In this document: piece by piece, positions 49,981 to 60,111 of the stretch | Layout: every line of letters begins with the position of its first letter | Position numbering within the stretch: position 1 is the stretch's first letter | NCBI GenBank assembly: GCA_039937835.1 | Contig: JBDTFR010000012.1 | Span: forward strand, 6,143 to 70,142 | DNA: 64,000 nt | Source: Bacteroidia bacterium | GTDB lineage: Bacteria > Bacteroidota > Bacteroidia > 2-12-FULL-35-15 | Reading direction: 5' to 3' | Position numbers and translations under genes: made by a program | The notes under the pieces: model-generated | What the model saw: only the letters and a program-made list of their open reading frames with translations | Databases searched by the model: none | What the model was told of the DNA's origin: nothing

Positions 49981-50136
49981 TTAAATTAATTATTGAATGG
50001 AGCACAAAAATAATAAAATTACCAAAGCCAAACTGTTTATAAAGATCTTATATGGTTTATTATGAATATTTAAGGAGATATTAATCCTTTACTGATTTTA
50101 AGTACATTTGTAAGAAACGCACTTAAATAAGCTACT

Positions 50137-51021
50137 GTGTCTACAGAAAAAATATATAAAAATTTCGTATTTTTAGTAAATCAAATTGTAAACACCGCTT
50201 TATCAATATTAAAAGTTATCGTACAATCAAAATATAACAACCAGCTACCTAAAGCGAAAAAGCTAAATTGTATTGTTTTAGCAAATGGCCCTTCACTTAA
50301 ACAATCACTTGAAAAAAATTTAAATCACTTTATTGAAACGCCTCTAATTTGTGTAAATACTTTTGCATTAACAGATGAATTTGTAAAATTAAAACCAACG
50401 TATTATATAATGTTAGACCCTTTTTTTTGGGAGAAAAAGAATGAAACTGTAATTGACACATTTAGTTCTTTAGCTTTAAAAACTACTTGGTGCTTGTATT
50501 TATTCATACCTAAACATGCATTAAATAAGGAAGTGTTTATTAATTTAAAAAACAAAAACAATAATATTCATATAGTGCCTTTTAATTATACCGTATTTAA
50601 AGGATTTCCAACTATTGCTCATTGGTTTTATCGAAAAAATTTAGCAATGCCTCAAAGTTTAAATGTAACCATTGCTGCTTTATTTATCGGGATTAATATA
50701 GGTTTTAAGGAAATAAAGCTAGTAGGTGCTGATCATACTTGGCATGAAAATTTGCATATGAGTAATGAAAATGTATTGCATAGTAAAGTACCTCACTTTT
50801 ATGAAAATGAGGTAGAGGTAAAATACGTGCCGTTTTATAAAGGTGGGCATGTAGAAAAAGGCACCCAAAAAGCACATGAGTTTTTTAATATATGGAGTAG
50901 AACCTTTTATGCATACATATTAATAAATGAATATGCAATTAGTAGGAATTGTACTATATATAATGCAAGTGAAATATCATTTATTGATGCCTTTAAACGT
51001 TGTTCTATAACAAATTCTTAA
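50137..51021 (+). CDS. Maf/DUF115 (GT42-like) putative nonulosonate transferase
   Basis: CIVLANGPSL, ICVN, KPTYYIMLDP, GFKEIKLVGADH, HFY, IYNAS..SFIDAF; first gene of an operon with the CMP-synthetase. Confidence 0.7.
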   Translation: MSTEKIYKNFVFLVNQIVNTALSILKVIVQSKYNNQLPKAKKLNCIVLANGPSLKQSLEKNLNHFIETPLICVNTFALTDEFVKLKPTYYIMLDPFFWEKKNETVIDTFSSLALKTTWCLYLFIPKHALNKEVFINLKNKNNNIHIVPFNYTVFKGFPTIAHWFYRKNLAMPQSLNVTIAALFIGINIGFKEIKLVGADHTWHENLHMSNENVLHSKVPHFYENEVEVKYVPFYKGGHVEKGTQKAHEFFNIWSRTFYAYILINEYAISRNCTIYNASEISFIDAFKRCSITNS

Positions 51022-51045
51022 TTAAATTATTATTTTAAATATTGT

Positions 51046-51759
51046 ATGAACAAAATTTTAATTACGATATGTGGTAGAGGAGGTTCGAAAGGAATTCCCG
51101 GAAAAAACATTAAAGAAATTAATAAAAAACCACTAATTGGTTATAGTATTGAAACCGCTATATCCTTCTCTAAATTATATCCTGCTGATATAGCACTTTC
51201 AACAGATAGCCTTGAAATAAAAAAAACAGCAGCTGTTTTTGGATTAGCAACAGAATATGTACGTCCCGCTAAAATGGCAACTGATGACGCAGGAAAATTG
51301 GTGGTAATTAAAGATCTTTTAGCATACTATGAACATCAAAACAATATCAGATATGATTATATTATTGATTTAGATATTACATCGCCCTTAAGAACCATTG
51401 ACGATTTAAGCATAGCTTTAAAAAATTTAGTAGGAAATAATGATGCTGTTAATCTATTCTCTGTCAGCAATGCGCATCGTAACCCCTATTTTAATATGGT
51501 TGAAGAGCAGACCGATGGATTTTATAATCTAGTTAAAAAAGGTAAGTTTTTAACACGTCAATCAGCTCCAAAAGTATATGATTTAAATGCTTCTTTTTAT
51601 ATTTTTAAAAGATCATTTTTTGAAAATTATACCACTTCTATAACTGATAAAAGTATAATATACGAAATGCCTCACCTCTGTTTTGACTTAGATGAACCTA
51701 CTGATTTTGACTTTTTAGAATTTTTATTACAAGAAAAAAAATTAAATTTTAAAATATGA
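51046..51759 (+). CDS. neuA: CMP-nonulosonate synthetase (acylneuraminate cytidylyltransferase, LegF/PtmB-like)
   Basis: GRGGSKGIPGKN, STD, TSPLR, TRQSAP, DLDEPTDF. Confidence 0.92.
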   Translation: MNKILITICGRGGSKGIPGKNIKEINKKPLIGYSIETAISFSKLYPADIALSTDSLEIKKTAAVFGLATEYVRPAKMATDDAGKLVVIKDLLAYYEHQNNIRYDYIIDLDITSPLRTIDDLSIALKNLVGNNDAVNLFSVSNAHRNPYFNMVEEQTDGFYNLVKKGKFLTRQSAPKVYDLNASFYIFKRSFFENYTTSITDKSIIYEMPHLCFDLDEPTDFDFLEFLLQEKKLNFKI

Positions 51760-52664
51760 ATGTTCTTATTATTGGCCTCGGTTCTATTGCTAAAAAACAT
51801 ATTCTTGCTTTAAAAACGATCAATAAAAATGTACATATTTATGCTTTACGATCAGGCCAAAGTTTAACTCAGCAAATAGATGGAGTTACTAATATTGAAA
51901 AAATTTCAACCTGTCCTCCTGTTGATTTTATTATCATATCAAACCCAACAGCATTTCATGCAGATGCAATTAAACAGGTGAGTTATTTAAAAAAACCACT
52001 ATTTATTGAGAAACCACCCTTTCATACGTTAGCACAAGCGGATGAATGTTTAGCATTTGTAAATCAAAATAATATTCCTACTTATACTGCTTTTAATTTA
52101 CGATTTCTTGATTGTTTAATTTATTTGAAAGAAAACATTGACAATAATAAAGTACAAGAAGTAAATGTTTATTGCGGCTCCTATTTACCTAATTGGCGAA
52201 GTAATGTAGATTACAAGAAAAGTTATAGCGCAAATGCCGATATGGGAGGTGGTGTACATTTAGACCTTATACACGAACTTGATTATGTTTTGTGGATTTT
52301 TGGTAACCCATTAAAAGTACAATCTACCTTAAGAAGTAATTCGACTATTAATATTAATGCTATTGATTATGCAAATTATATACTAATTTATGATCATTTT
52401 GTTGTAAATATTATTTTGAACTACTACAGAAAAGAGACTAAACGAAGTTGTGAAATTGTATTTGATGATACCGTTTGGCATACCAACCTAATAACTAATG
52501 AAATCATGGATATGAATAACAAATCAATATTCAAATCTACTCAAACGGTTCAAGACACCTATCTTAGTCAAATGGAATACTTTTGTGAAGCAGTTAAAAA
52601 AAATGAATTCACATTTAATTCTATACACGAATCTATAAACACATTAAAAATTGCATTGAAATGA
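51756..52664 (+). CDS. Gfo/Idh/MocA oxidoreductase (PtmF-like)
   Basis: IIGLGSIA, FIEKP, GGGVHLDLIHELD. Confidence 0.88.
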   Translation: MNVLIIGLGSIAKKHILALKTINKNVHIYALRSGQSLTQQIDGVTNIEKISTCPPVDFIIISNPTAFHADAIKQVSYLKKPLFIEKPPFHTLAQADECLAFVNQNNIPTYTAFNLRFLDCLIYLKENIDNNKVQEVNVYCGSYLPNWRSNVDYKKSYSANADMGGGVHLDLIHELDYVLWIFGNPLKVQSTLRSNSTININAIDYANYILIYDHFVVNIILNYYRKETKRSCEIVFDDTVWHTNLITNEIMDMNNKSIFKSTQTVQDTYLSQMEYFCEAVKKNEFTFNSIHESINTLKIALK

Positions 52665-53401
52665 TACATTTAAAAAATAAAGTTATTGTTGTTGTTGGCG
52701 GTGATGGAATGTTAGGTAGAGAATTTTTAAAACAAATAGTAGAGAATGGAGGCATTGCTATTAATGCGGATATTAACCAACAATCGAATTTAGAAGAGCA
52801 CACTTTCAACTGTGATATTACAGACGAAAAATCAATTGCAAATTTAATTGATAATGTGTTAAAAAAATGGAATCGAATTGATGGTTGGGTTAACTCGGCT
52901 TATCCACGAACAGAAGATTGGGGTAAAAAAATTGATAATATTGTTTTCGATTCTTGGAAAAAAAATATTGATATGCACCTCAACGGATATTTTATTGCTT
53001 CAAAATTAGCTATTGATGCGATGTTGCCAAAAAAACAAGGAAGCCTTATAAATATTGCATCTATTTATGGTGTAGTAGGTCCGGACTTTACAATATATGA
53101 AGGTACAGAAATGACAATGCCTGTAGCTTATTCTGCAATAAAAGGAGGTCTTATTAATTTAACACACTATTTGGCTTCTTATTATGGTAAAGTATCGATT
53201 CGAGTAAATACCATTTCACCTGGTGGGATTTTTGATAATCAGCCTGCATCTTTTGTTGAAAAATACAATAAAAAAGTCCCCTTAAAACGAATGGGAACGC
53301 CACAAGATATTGCTCCAGCAGTAGTTTATTTATTGTCTGATTCTGCCTCTTATGTCACTGGGCATAATCTTATCATTGATGGGGGTTGGACAGCAATATA
53401 A
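52661..53401 (+). CDS. SDR oxidoreductase (PtmA-like)
   Basis: GGDGMLG, NSAYPR, ASIYG, YSAIK, SPGGI, DGG. Confidence 0.9.
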   Translation: MIHLKNKVIVVVGGDGMLGREFLKQIVENGGIAINADINQQSNLEEHTFNCDITDEKSIANLIDNVLKKWNRIDGWVNSAYPRTEDWGKKIDNIVFDSWKKNIDMHLNGYFIASKLAIDAMLPKKQGSLINIASIYGVVGPDFTIYEGTEMTMPVAYSAIKGGLINLTHYLASYYGKVSIRVNTISPGGIFDNQPASFVEKYNKKVPLKRMGTPQDIAPAVVYLLSDSASYVTGHNLIIDGGWTAI

Positions 53402-53467
53402 CTATTAAGGATTAATAGCTTATCTAATCAAAATTAAGTTTTAGGCTTCTATTGCCTTATTAAAGAT

Positions 53468-54517
53468 TTAGAATAAAATGTGTTTAACATCTTCTTGCGC
53501 TTTATAAAAATCTTCTAAACGGCCTATATCCATCCAATAGCTATGAATGGTATAAGAAGTAACCTTCTTTTTTTTAGCAATTAATGCCTCCATAAAGTGT
53601 GTTGCATCAAATTTATTTTCAGGAATTAAACTGATTAAATCCTTTTTAAATAAATAAATGCCAGCATTAGAATAATAGGTATAACGTGGTTTTTCATGAA
53701 AGGAAAGTACTTCACTCTTTTCATTAATATTCATGATGGCATAGGGTACGTCAATATGATATGGAATAGTGGCTACCTGCATATCCGCTCCAGAATCAAT
53801 AAATTTTTTGTAAAAATCTTGAAAATCAATATTGGTGAGTAAGTCCGCATTCATCAATAAAATAGTGTCATTTTTAAACTGTTTTATAAGCTTTAAAGAA
53901 CCTATTGTACCTAAAGGTTTATCTTCTTTTACAAAATCAACTATTAGTTCAGGGTTTTTATAAGCACGTATCCCACTTTCTATTTGATCGGCCATATGAT
54001 TGAGCGAAATATGAATATTTGTGATACCGTAAGTTGACAGGCGTTCAATATTTCTTAAAATGATAGGCTTATCTCCGATTTTTAACATCGGCTTAGGAGT
54101 TGTATCAGTTAGTGGTTTCAAACGTTCTCCTTTACCTCCAGCCATTAATACAGCATCAGCAGGAATAATAGAACGTAACTTATCAAGATCAAGAATATTT
54201 ATAATAATTGATTTCTTGTCAATAACTGGGATAAAGCGGATGCCAGCTTCTTTATATTCAGTTAACTTTTTAAAATTATTTTCTCCAGCAATAAAATATT
54301 TACTGGCACTATTCATGAATTTATTAACGGGCTCATCAATTGTTAATCCATTTAATAAACCTCTTCGAATATCTCCATCTGTTAAAGAACCTATTAGTTT
54401 TTCTTGCTCATTAACAATAAATATTGCCATATTGGGTATTGCAATTTTATTAATCAATTCCCAAGCTTGACGAGCTATTCCTTTTTCTAAAAATATATAT
54501 TTATTGTTCTCCATCAT
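53468..54517 (-). CDS. CBS-domain nucleotidyltransferase (PtmE/LegX-like)
   Basis: LTDGDIRRGL (CBS), MAGGKGERLKPLT..PKPML, EDKPLGT, WMDIG. Confidence 0.9.
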   Translation of the reverse strand: MMENNKYIFLEKGIARQAWELINKIAIPNMAIFIVNEQEKLIGSLTDGDIRRGLLNGLTIDEPVNKFMNSASKYFIAGENNFKKLTEYKEAGIRFIPVIDKKSIIINILDLDKLRSIIPADAVLMAGGKGERLKPLTDTTPKPMLKIGDKPIILRNIERLSTYGITNIHISLNHMADQIESGIRAYKNPELIVDFVKEDKPLGTIGSLKLIKQFKNDTILLMNADLLTNIDFQDFYKKFIDSGADMQVATIPYHIDVPYAIMNINEKSEVLSFHEKPRYTYYSNAGIYLFKKDLISLIPENKFDATHFMEALIAKKKKVTSYTIHSYWMDIGRLEDFYKAQEDVKHILF

Positions 54518-55149
54518 AGTATTCGATGATTATTACCAACCACTTTGGTATTATCTAAAACATTTTTTAAAATAACAGCACCTGCTCCAATTATTACGTT
54601 TCGTCCTATTTCAATGCCTTGTTTAACAACTGCGCCTGCTCCAATAAAAGAGCCTTCACCTATAGTTACACGACCACACAACACAGCGCCTGGAGCAATG
54701 TGTGAATAATCATGGATAATGCATTCGTGTTCTATAATGCAGCCTGTATTACAAATAACTCCATCTCCTATTTTCACTAGTGGATTTATAACAGAACCTG
54801 CTGCAAACATATTACCAGTTCCACAATCCATTGTTCTACTAATAATAGCTGTTTTATGAAGTGTATTTTGTGGTTTCCCTAAATGTGAAATTAAAGATTG
54901 GGATACTTTTTTACGTAATGCATTGTCGCCTAAACTAACAAAATAATCATACTTTTTTAATAGCTCAATTACATTTTGTTGTGTTTCATTACCCAACCAT
55001 TTTAATGAATATGGGTTTATTTTTTTCTCTTCAGTTTCTGTGTATGCAATAACGGTTTGTCCTTGAGAAAAAAATGACTCAAATGCCACATAGGCATGTC
55101 CTGAATAACCAACTAAAACAATATTTTTCAAAAGTAAATTATTTATCAA
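54514..55149 (-). CDS. NeuD/PglD-family sugar N-acetyltransferase (LegH-like)
   Basis: GYSGHA, GDNALR, EHEC, hexapeptide repeats. Confidence 0.9.
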   Translation of the reverse strand: MINNLLLKNIVLVGYSGHAYVAFESFFSQGQTVIAYTETEEKKINPYSLKWLGNETQQNVIELLKKYDYFVSLGDNALRKKVSQSLISHLGKPQNTLHKTAIISRTMDCGTGNMFAAGSVINPLVKIGDGVICNTGCIIEHECIIHDYSHIAPGAVLCGRVTIGEGSFIGAGAVVKQGIEIGRNVIIGAGAVILKNVLDNTKVVGNNHRIL

Positions 55150-55807
55150 TGAATTTAATTAACTGAAATGCTTCAGCATATTCAACTCCAACCGATGCAC
55201 CCCTAAAAGTTGCAAGAGCTCCTATATTACGAACACTTCTTGGAAAGGGATGTTGCCCTAATTCCGAGTCGTAAACGTTCATTATCTTTATTTTCTCGTT
55301 AAAATAATTTGTTATATCCACAAAATAATTGGGTTGAAAAATCCTTTCAGGTAAAGCGGGAGCAAACTCTGTTTCAGAAATACATTCATACATCAGCACT
55401 CTTTTAATAAATGGATAACGAAATGATTTTGTACAAGCAGCCACAGCATCAAATGTAATCCTGTGATCTGAATGTGCATCAGAACGATTCATAACATATA
55501 TAATTTCGGGTTGCACTTCATTAAAAATAGTTGATATTTTGGGAATTAATGTATTGATTGAATCTGAAGTAAGGTTCATCGTGGGATAATCTAATTTATA
55601 AACACCAGAAAAGCCCATCATATTCTTCACTTTTTCAATTTCAATCTGCCTGCTTTCAATGCGCTCAGGCGAAAACCCTTGATTTTGAAAAATATTCGTA
55701 ATGATTACCCAATATATTTCATCTCCATTTGCTTTATGTTTTATAAGTGTACCACCACACCCAATTACTTCATCATCTGGATGAGCAGAAATAACAATTA
55801 CTTTCAT
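55139..55807 (-). CDS. PIG-L family de-N-acetylase
   Basis: AHPDDE..GCGGT, HSDH, YAEAF. Confidence 0.92.
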   Translation of the reverse strand: MKVIVISAHPDDEVIGCGGTLIKHKANGDEIYWVIITNIFQNQGFSPERIESRQIEIEKVKNMMGFSGVYKLDYPTMNLTSDSINTLIPKISTIFNEVQPEIIYVMNRSDAHSDHRITFDAVAACTKSFRYPFIKRVLMYECISETEFAPALPERIFQPNYFVDITNYFNEKIKIMNVYDSELGQHPFPRSVRNIGALATFRGASVGVEYAEAFQLIKFIDK

Positions 55808-56973
55808 TAGTAGGTAATATTTTTATAAATTAATTTATTATTTAACTTGATTGTACGAAGCACCTCTACAATTTTAGATGCACTATTACCATCCCCATAA
55901 GGGTTCTTGATTAATTTTAAACTATTAATATAGTTGACGTTTGTTAACGATTTTATAATCGCAGCCTTAATTTGTTTTTTATCATTATCCACAAATAAAA
56001 CGTTATTAGCATGTACACGCCCCACCTGTCTTTTTCCAATATTAATAACGGGCAAGCCTAATGATGGAGCTTCGATAATACCAGAACTCGAATTACCTAA
56101 TAAACAAGAGGCGTGTCTTAGTATATTAATATAAAGCAACCTATCTAAATTTTTAAATAAAAATAATTGTTTGTGTTTATTTGCATATTCTTGATAAGCT
56201 TCAATAATAGCAAAATTGCCCGCATCAGAATTTGGATAATTAATTAAGCATTTATAACCAGATTCAACAACAGCATCTAAGGTTTCACGAATATTTTTAC
56301 CTTCATTCGCAACATCTGTAATGATTGGATGTTGAATAAGAACAAGATATTTATCCTTCGTTATATCAAAATTAATAGTTGATGAAATTTGTTTTTTAGT
56401 TAACAAGGGCGTTTCTAAAAATCGATCTAATGCAGGGTTCCCTACAATAAAAATTCTCCAATCATCCTCTCCTAACTTAAGTAATGTTTCTCGGTGTTGC
56501 TCTAAAATTACGAGATGAATGTGTGAAAATTTACTGGTAGCATACCTCACCGAATTATCAATGTTTCCATCTTTTACAATATCCCCTCCAGCAATATGTG
56601 CAACGGGAATATCCATATAAGCACCTGTAAGTGACACGGAAATAGCCTCTTCACGATCGCCAACTACCAATATTACATCTGGTTTTATTCTATTAAAGAC
56701 TTGAGCAAATAGTGGTATTTGATTGCCTAAGGATATTATTCGTCCAATTTTTTCATCTGTGTTTACTAAATTATAAACTTTGTCAGCAATTACAAACCCA
56801 TCTTCTTCTATATTTCTTATTGTTTTACCATAATTTTCTGATAAGTGAGCGCCTGTAACAAGCACTTCTAATTCAAAATCAGGATCTAATTTTAGATTAT
56901 TTAATACTGGAAAAAGAATATCATACTCAGACCTAGCGCCTGTAACTGCTAATATTTTTCTTTTTAATTTCAT
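55807..56973 (-). CDS. neuC: Hydrolysing NDP-sugar 2-epimerase (NeuC/LegG)
   Basis: TGARSEY, TGAHLS, GDREE, GNSSSGIIEAP, NIGKRQ, NPYGDG. Confidence 0.93.
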   Translation of the reverse strand: MKLKRKILAVTGARSEYDILFPVLNNLKLDPDFELEVLVTGAHLSENYGKTIRNIEEDGFVIADKVYNLVNTDEKIGRIISLGNQIPLFAQVFNRIKPDVILVVGDREEAISVSLTGAYMDIPVAHIAGGDIVKDGNIDNSVRYATSKFSHIHLVILEQHRETLLKLGEDDWRIFIVGNPALDRFLETPLLTKKQISSTINFDITKDKYLVLIQHPIITDVANEGKNIRETLDAVVESGYKCLINYPNSDAGNFAIIEAYQEYANKHKQLFLFKNLDRLLYINILRHASCLLGNSSSGIIEAPSLGLPVINIGKRQVGRVHANNVLFVDNDKKQIKAAIIKSLTNVNYINSLKLIKNPYGDGNSASKIVEVLRTIKLNNKLIYKNITY

Positions 56974-56979
56974 ATAAAA

Positions 56980-57933
56980 TTAATAAATGTCTGAATCTCC
57001 CATTGAATAATACCACTCTGTAGCGTCTTGTAAAGATTTATAGTTGTTATCTAAGATACGAATTCCCGAATAGGTAATGGGTGCAATATTTACAAAACCG
57101 ATTTTCTCAAATAATAAATGTTTATCATCATTATAAGGTAACCAACAATTAATTTTCAACAACTTATATTCTTTATAATTATTTTTTATAGCCTGCAATA
57201 ATTGCTGAATACTATTTAGGTCAGCGGGAAAAACTAATTCCACTATATCTATCTCAAAGGTATCTTTAATTTCAAAAGAGGGGAAAACTTTAGTTACTGC
57301 ATAATATAACACATCATTTTCTAGAAGTTCGAAAACTACATAGCTGTTAGTTGGGTTTTTAAGATAACGCCAAGTTAAATAATCAATTGTCTTTTCAACT
57401 TTAACAGCATAATTTTTAAGTGTTTTGTATTGTGCTTCAATGTGTTCTTTTTTAAAAGCTTTACATACCTTTACTAATGATGGTTGAGTTTCTTTTACTT
57501 TATTAATATTTATAGAAAAAGTCGGAATTTGTTCCAAATTATTCCATTTTAAATTTTTAACAAATGCATAATGAGAATTATTATTTGGAAAACCCCAAAC
57601 TACTTTTAAATCATTTTTTATTGCTTCAGAATCATAAAGTTTTTCAGCTAATTCTGTAAATATTCCTCTACCCGCATAGTCTGGATGGGTCATGGTAGTC
57701 ATTGATAATGCTGACAAGACCAATTTACCATTAACATTTAATTTAACTGGAGATACGGCATAATGACCTGCTAAAACAGTATTATCCCACATTAATTTTA
57801 TCATTACTTTATTTTCTGGATTATCGAGAAAACGCCATTTCCAATAATCTAAAGGCATTTTTTTACCAAAAGCCAATTGAAACAGTTTTAATATTTCAAC
57901 TTCATCTCCAGCAGCATAATCTTTTATTTCCAT
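56980..57933 (-). CDS. GNAT family N-acyltransferase
   Basis: YWKWRFLDNP, TMTHPDYAGRGIF, WGFPNNNS; likely start MEIKD at 57933, overlapping the neuB stop (TAATG). Confidence 0.85.
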   Translation of the reverse strand: MEIKDYAAGDEVEILKLFQLAFGKKMPLDYWKWRFLDNPENKVMIKLMWDNTVLAGHYAVSPVKLNVNGKLVLSALSMTTMTHPDYAGRGIFTELAEKLYDSEAIKNDLKVVWGFPNNNSHYAFVKNLKWNNLEQIPTFSININKVKETQPSLVKVCKAFKKEHIEAQYKTLKNYAVKVEKTIDYLTWRYLKNPTNSYVVFELLENDVLYYAVTKVFPSFEIKDTFEIDIVELVFPADLNSIQQLLQAIKNNYKEYKLLKINCWLPYNDDKHLLFEKIGFVNIAPITYSGIRILDNNYKSLQDATEWYYSMGDSDIY

Positions 57934-58952
57934 TATACTAAATCCTCCCACTTTAATTTATGATCGGCATTAAAGTCTTGATTTATTTTTTTAGCTATTA
58001 CCTTGTCCATTAACATGGGCGATATACCATCACCTGGGCGTTTCATAACAATATCTGTTTCCGTTATTAAATGATTTTTTTGTAAGTTTTTTGCAAGATG
58101 AATACTTTTACGAGACACTTGCATATTTTTTTTTTCTGTTTCAGTAGGTTGCTTGTCAGCATTTCCTAATGCTTGTTCAATATTTCGAATTGCGTGGATC
58201 ATTGCTTTTAGTGCAATTGGTTCTAGAGACGCTTTATGATCAGGACCTGGTAATGTATTATCAATTGTAAAATGCTTTTCTATAATAGTTGCACCCATAG
58301 CAACAGCTGCAATAGGTACTTCAATACCAAGCGTATGATCAGAATAACCTACTGGTAAATTAAATTTATTTTGTATCGTAATCATTGCATTAAGATTTAC
58401 ATCTTCCATTTTAGTGGGATAATCACTTGTGCAATGTAATATTGAAATTTTATTTCTATCTGTTCCAGCGTTTAATAATATATTTAATGCATCTTCAATT
58501 TCAATGATTACGCACATTCCTGTAGAAATAATAACAGACTTGTTTAATTTTCCGATTTTTTTTAAATACGGTAAATTAGTAATTTCACCAGAAGGGATTT
58601 TAAAAAGATCGATTCCTAAATTCTCTAATAAATCTATACTTTCTAGATCAAAAGCAGTAGAAAGAAATTTAATTTTTTTGCCTTTACAATAGGCAATTAA
58701 TTCAACATGTTGAATTTGGCTTAATTCTAACTTTTTAAGCATTTCAAATTGAGAGTCTGATTTATCATTTACATTCTCCTGTTGATATTGTGCCTTTTTA
58801 GCGATATTACTTACTAGTTTTTCTGTTTTAAAAGTTTGAAATTTAACATAATCAGCTCCTGCATCGGCTGCAATATCAATGAGTTTCTTCGCCATATCTA
58901 TATCGCCGTTATGGTTTACCCCTGCTTCTGCTATAATTAATACTTTTTTCAT
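57933..58952 (-). CDS. neuB: Nonulosonic acid synthase (NeuB/LegI)
   Basis: IAEAGVNHNGD, VKFQTF, KIPSGE, LHCTSDYP, GYSDHT, IEKHFT, GPDH; C-terminal SAF domain. Confidence 0.95.
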   Translation of the reverse strand: MKKVLIIAEAGVNHNGDIDMAKKLIDIAADAGADYVKFQTFKTEKLVSNIAKKAQYQQENVNDKSDSQFEMLKKLELSQIQHVELIAYCKGKKIKFLSTAFDLESIDLLENLGIDLFKIPSGEITNLPYLKKIGKLNKSVIISTGMCVIIEIEDALNILLNAGTDRNKISILHCTSDYPTKMEDVNLNAMITIQNKFNLPVGYSDHTLGIEVPIAAVAMGATIIEKHFTIDNTLPGPDHKASLEPIALKAMIHAIRNIEQALGNADKQPTETEKKNMQVSRKSIHLAKNLQKNHLITETDIVMKRPGDGISPMLMDKVIAKKINQDFNADHKLKWEDLV

Positions 58953-58968
58953 GTCCGCCTAGCTTTTT

Positions 58969-60111
58969 TTACATTCTTACACTGCTTGGTATATTTACTA
59001 GCCTATTTTCTAACAATTGTGCGTTATCTAAATTTCCTTTTAAGGCGTCCTTAAACATTACTAATTCATTCATTAATCGCCATACAGGTCTTGTCATTAC
59101 ACCATTATCATTGGTTTCTTGCAAAAATTTATCGCGTTGTGTTATAGTTGGCAAGAGAATGGAACATAACCAATAATTAGATATTGAATCAGCAGGCTCG
59201 TTCATAAAATGAATTTGAGTTCCTTTAAAAAACTCATTATACCTTTGCGCTAACTCCCGTTTATTTTTTAAAAAGCCATTCAGCTGTTCCAATTGTGCAA
59301 CTATTAATGCAGCATTGATATTAGGCATACGATAATTATAACCGATTTCATCATGCACAAAATCCCATCTGTGAGGAACCTTTGCCTGTGTGGTTAAATG
59401 TTTTGCATGTTTAGCAATTTTTTCATCGTTGGTGATGATTACTCCTCCTCCTCCACTGGTAATGGTTTTGTTTCCATTAAAACTAAATGCTCCCAACAGT
59501 CCAAACGTACCGGTGTGTTTATTTTTATAATAGCTTCCGATTGATTCTGCAGCATCTTCAACCAAAGCAATATTATACTTTTTGCAAATCGCTTCTAGTT
59601 CATCAATACGGCAAGGGTGTCCAAATGTGTGCATTGGAACACAAGCAGCTATTTTTTGTCCAGTAGTTTTATGGTAGGTAAATCCATCTTTCATTTGTAC
59701 TCCAAATTCCTGTAAATAAGTTTGTAGTTTATCAGGACTTAAACCCATCGTATCCAAATCCACATCCACAAATAAATGTGCAGCACCTATGTATGCAATG
59801 GCATTGCATGTAGCTATAAAACTTAAGGGTTGTGTTATAACAATATCATTCCGTTGAACACCAGCAACTAACATGGCCATATGTAATGCAGCTGTTCCGT
59901 TTACACAAGCAACAGCATATTTTGCACCGGTATATTCTACCATTTTTTTTTCAAACTCATCCACATATTTTCCTACGGATGATACAAATGTAGAGTCGAT
60001 ACAATCAATCAAATATTTTTTTTCATTCCCGTTAAAATGCGGCTCGTGCAAGGGAATAAAATCCTTGCCAGGAAATTGGGATTTAATGAAGTCAACAGTT
60101 TCTTTAAACAT
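58969..60111 (-). CDS. legC: LegC family sugar aminotransferase
   Basis: IPLHEP, FVSSVG, EDAAES, SFNGNKTIT, GYNYRMPN; likely start MFKE at 60111 (ORF track starts at 60141). Confidence 0.92.
   Translation of the reverse strand: MFKETVDFIKSQFPGKDFIPLHEPHFNGNEKKYLIDCIDSTFVSSVGKYVDEFEKKMVEYTGAKYAVACVNGTAALHMAMLVAGVQRNDIVITQPLSFIATCNAIAYIGAAHLFVDVDLDTMGLSPDKLQTYLQEFGVQMKDGFTYHKTTGQKIAACVPMHTFGHPCRIDELEAICKKYNIALVEDAAESIGSYYKNKHTGTFGLLGAFSFNGNKTITSGGGGVIITNDEKIAKHAKHLTTQAKVPHRWDFVHDEIGYNYRMPNINAALIVAQLEQLNGFLKNKRELAQRYNEFFKGTQIHFMNEPADSISNYWLCSILLPTITQRDKFLQETNDNGVMTRPVWRLMNELVMFKDALKGNLDNAQLLENRLVNIPSSVRM

Noticed and set aside
57933-58150. Antifreeze-like C-terminal domain of NeuB as a third ice-binding protein
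   Set aside because: The SAF/AFP-III-like domain is a standard part of NeuB synthases and does not imply ice binding.
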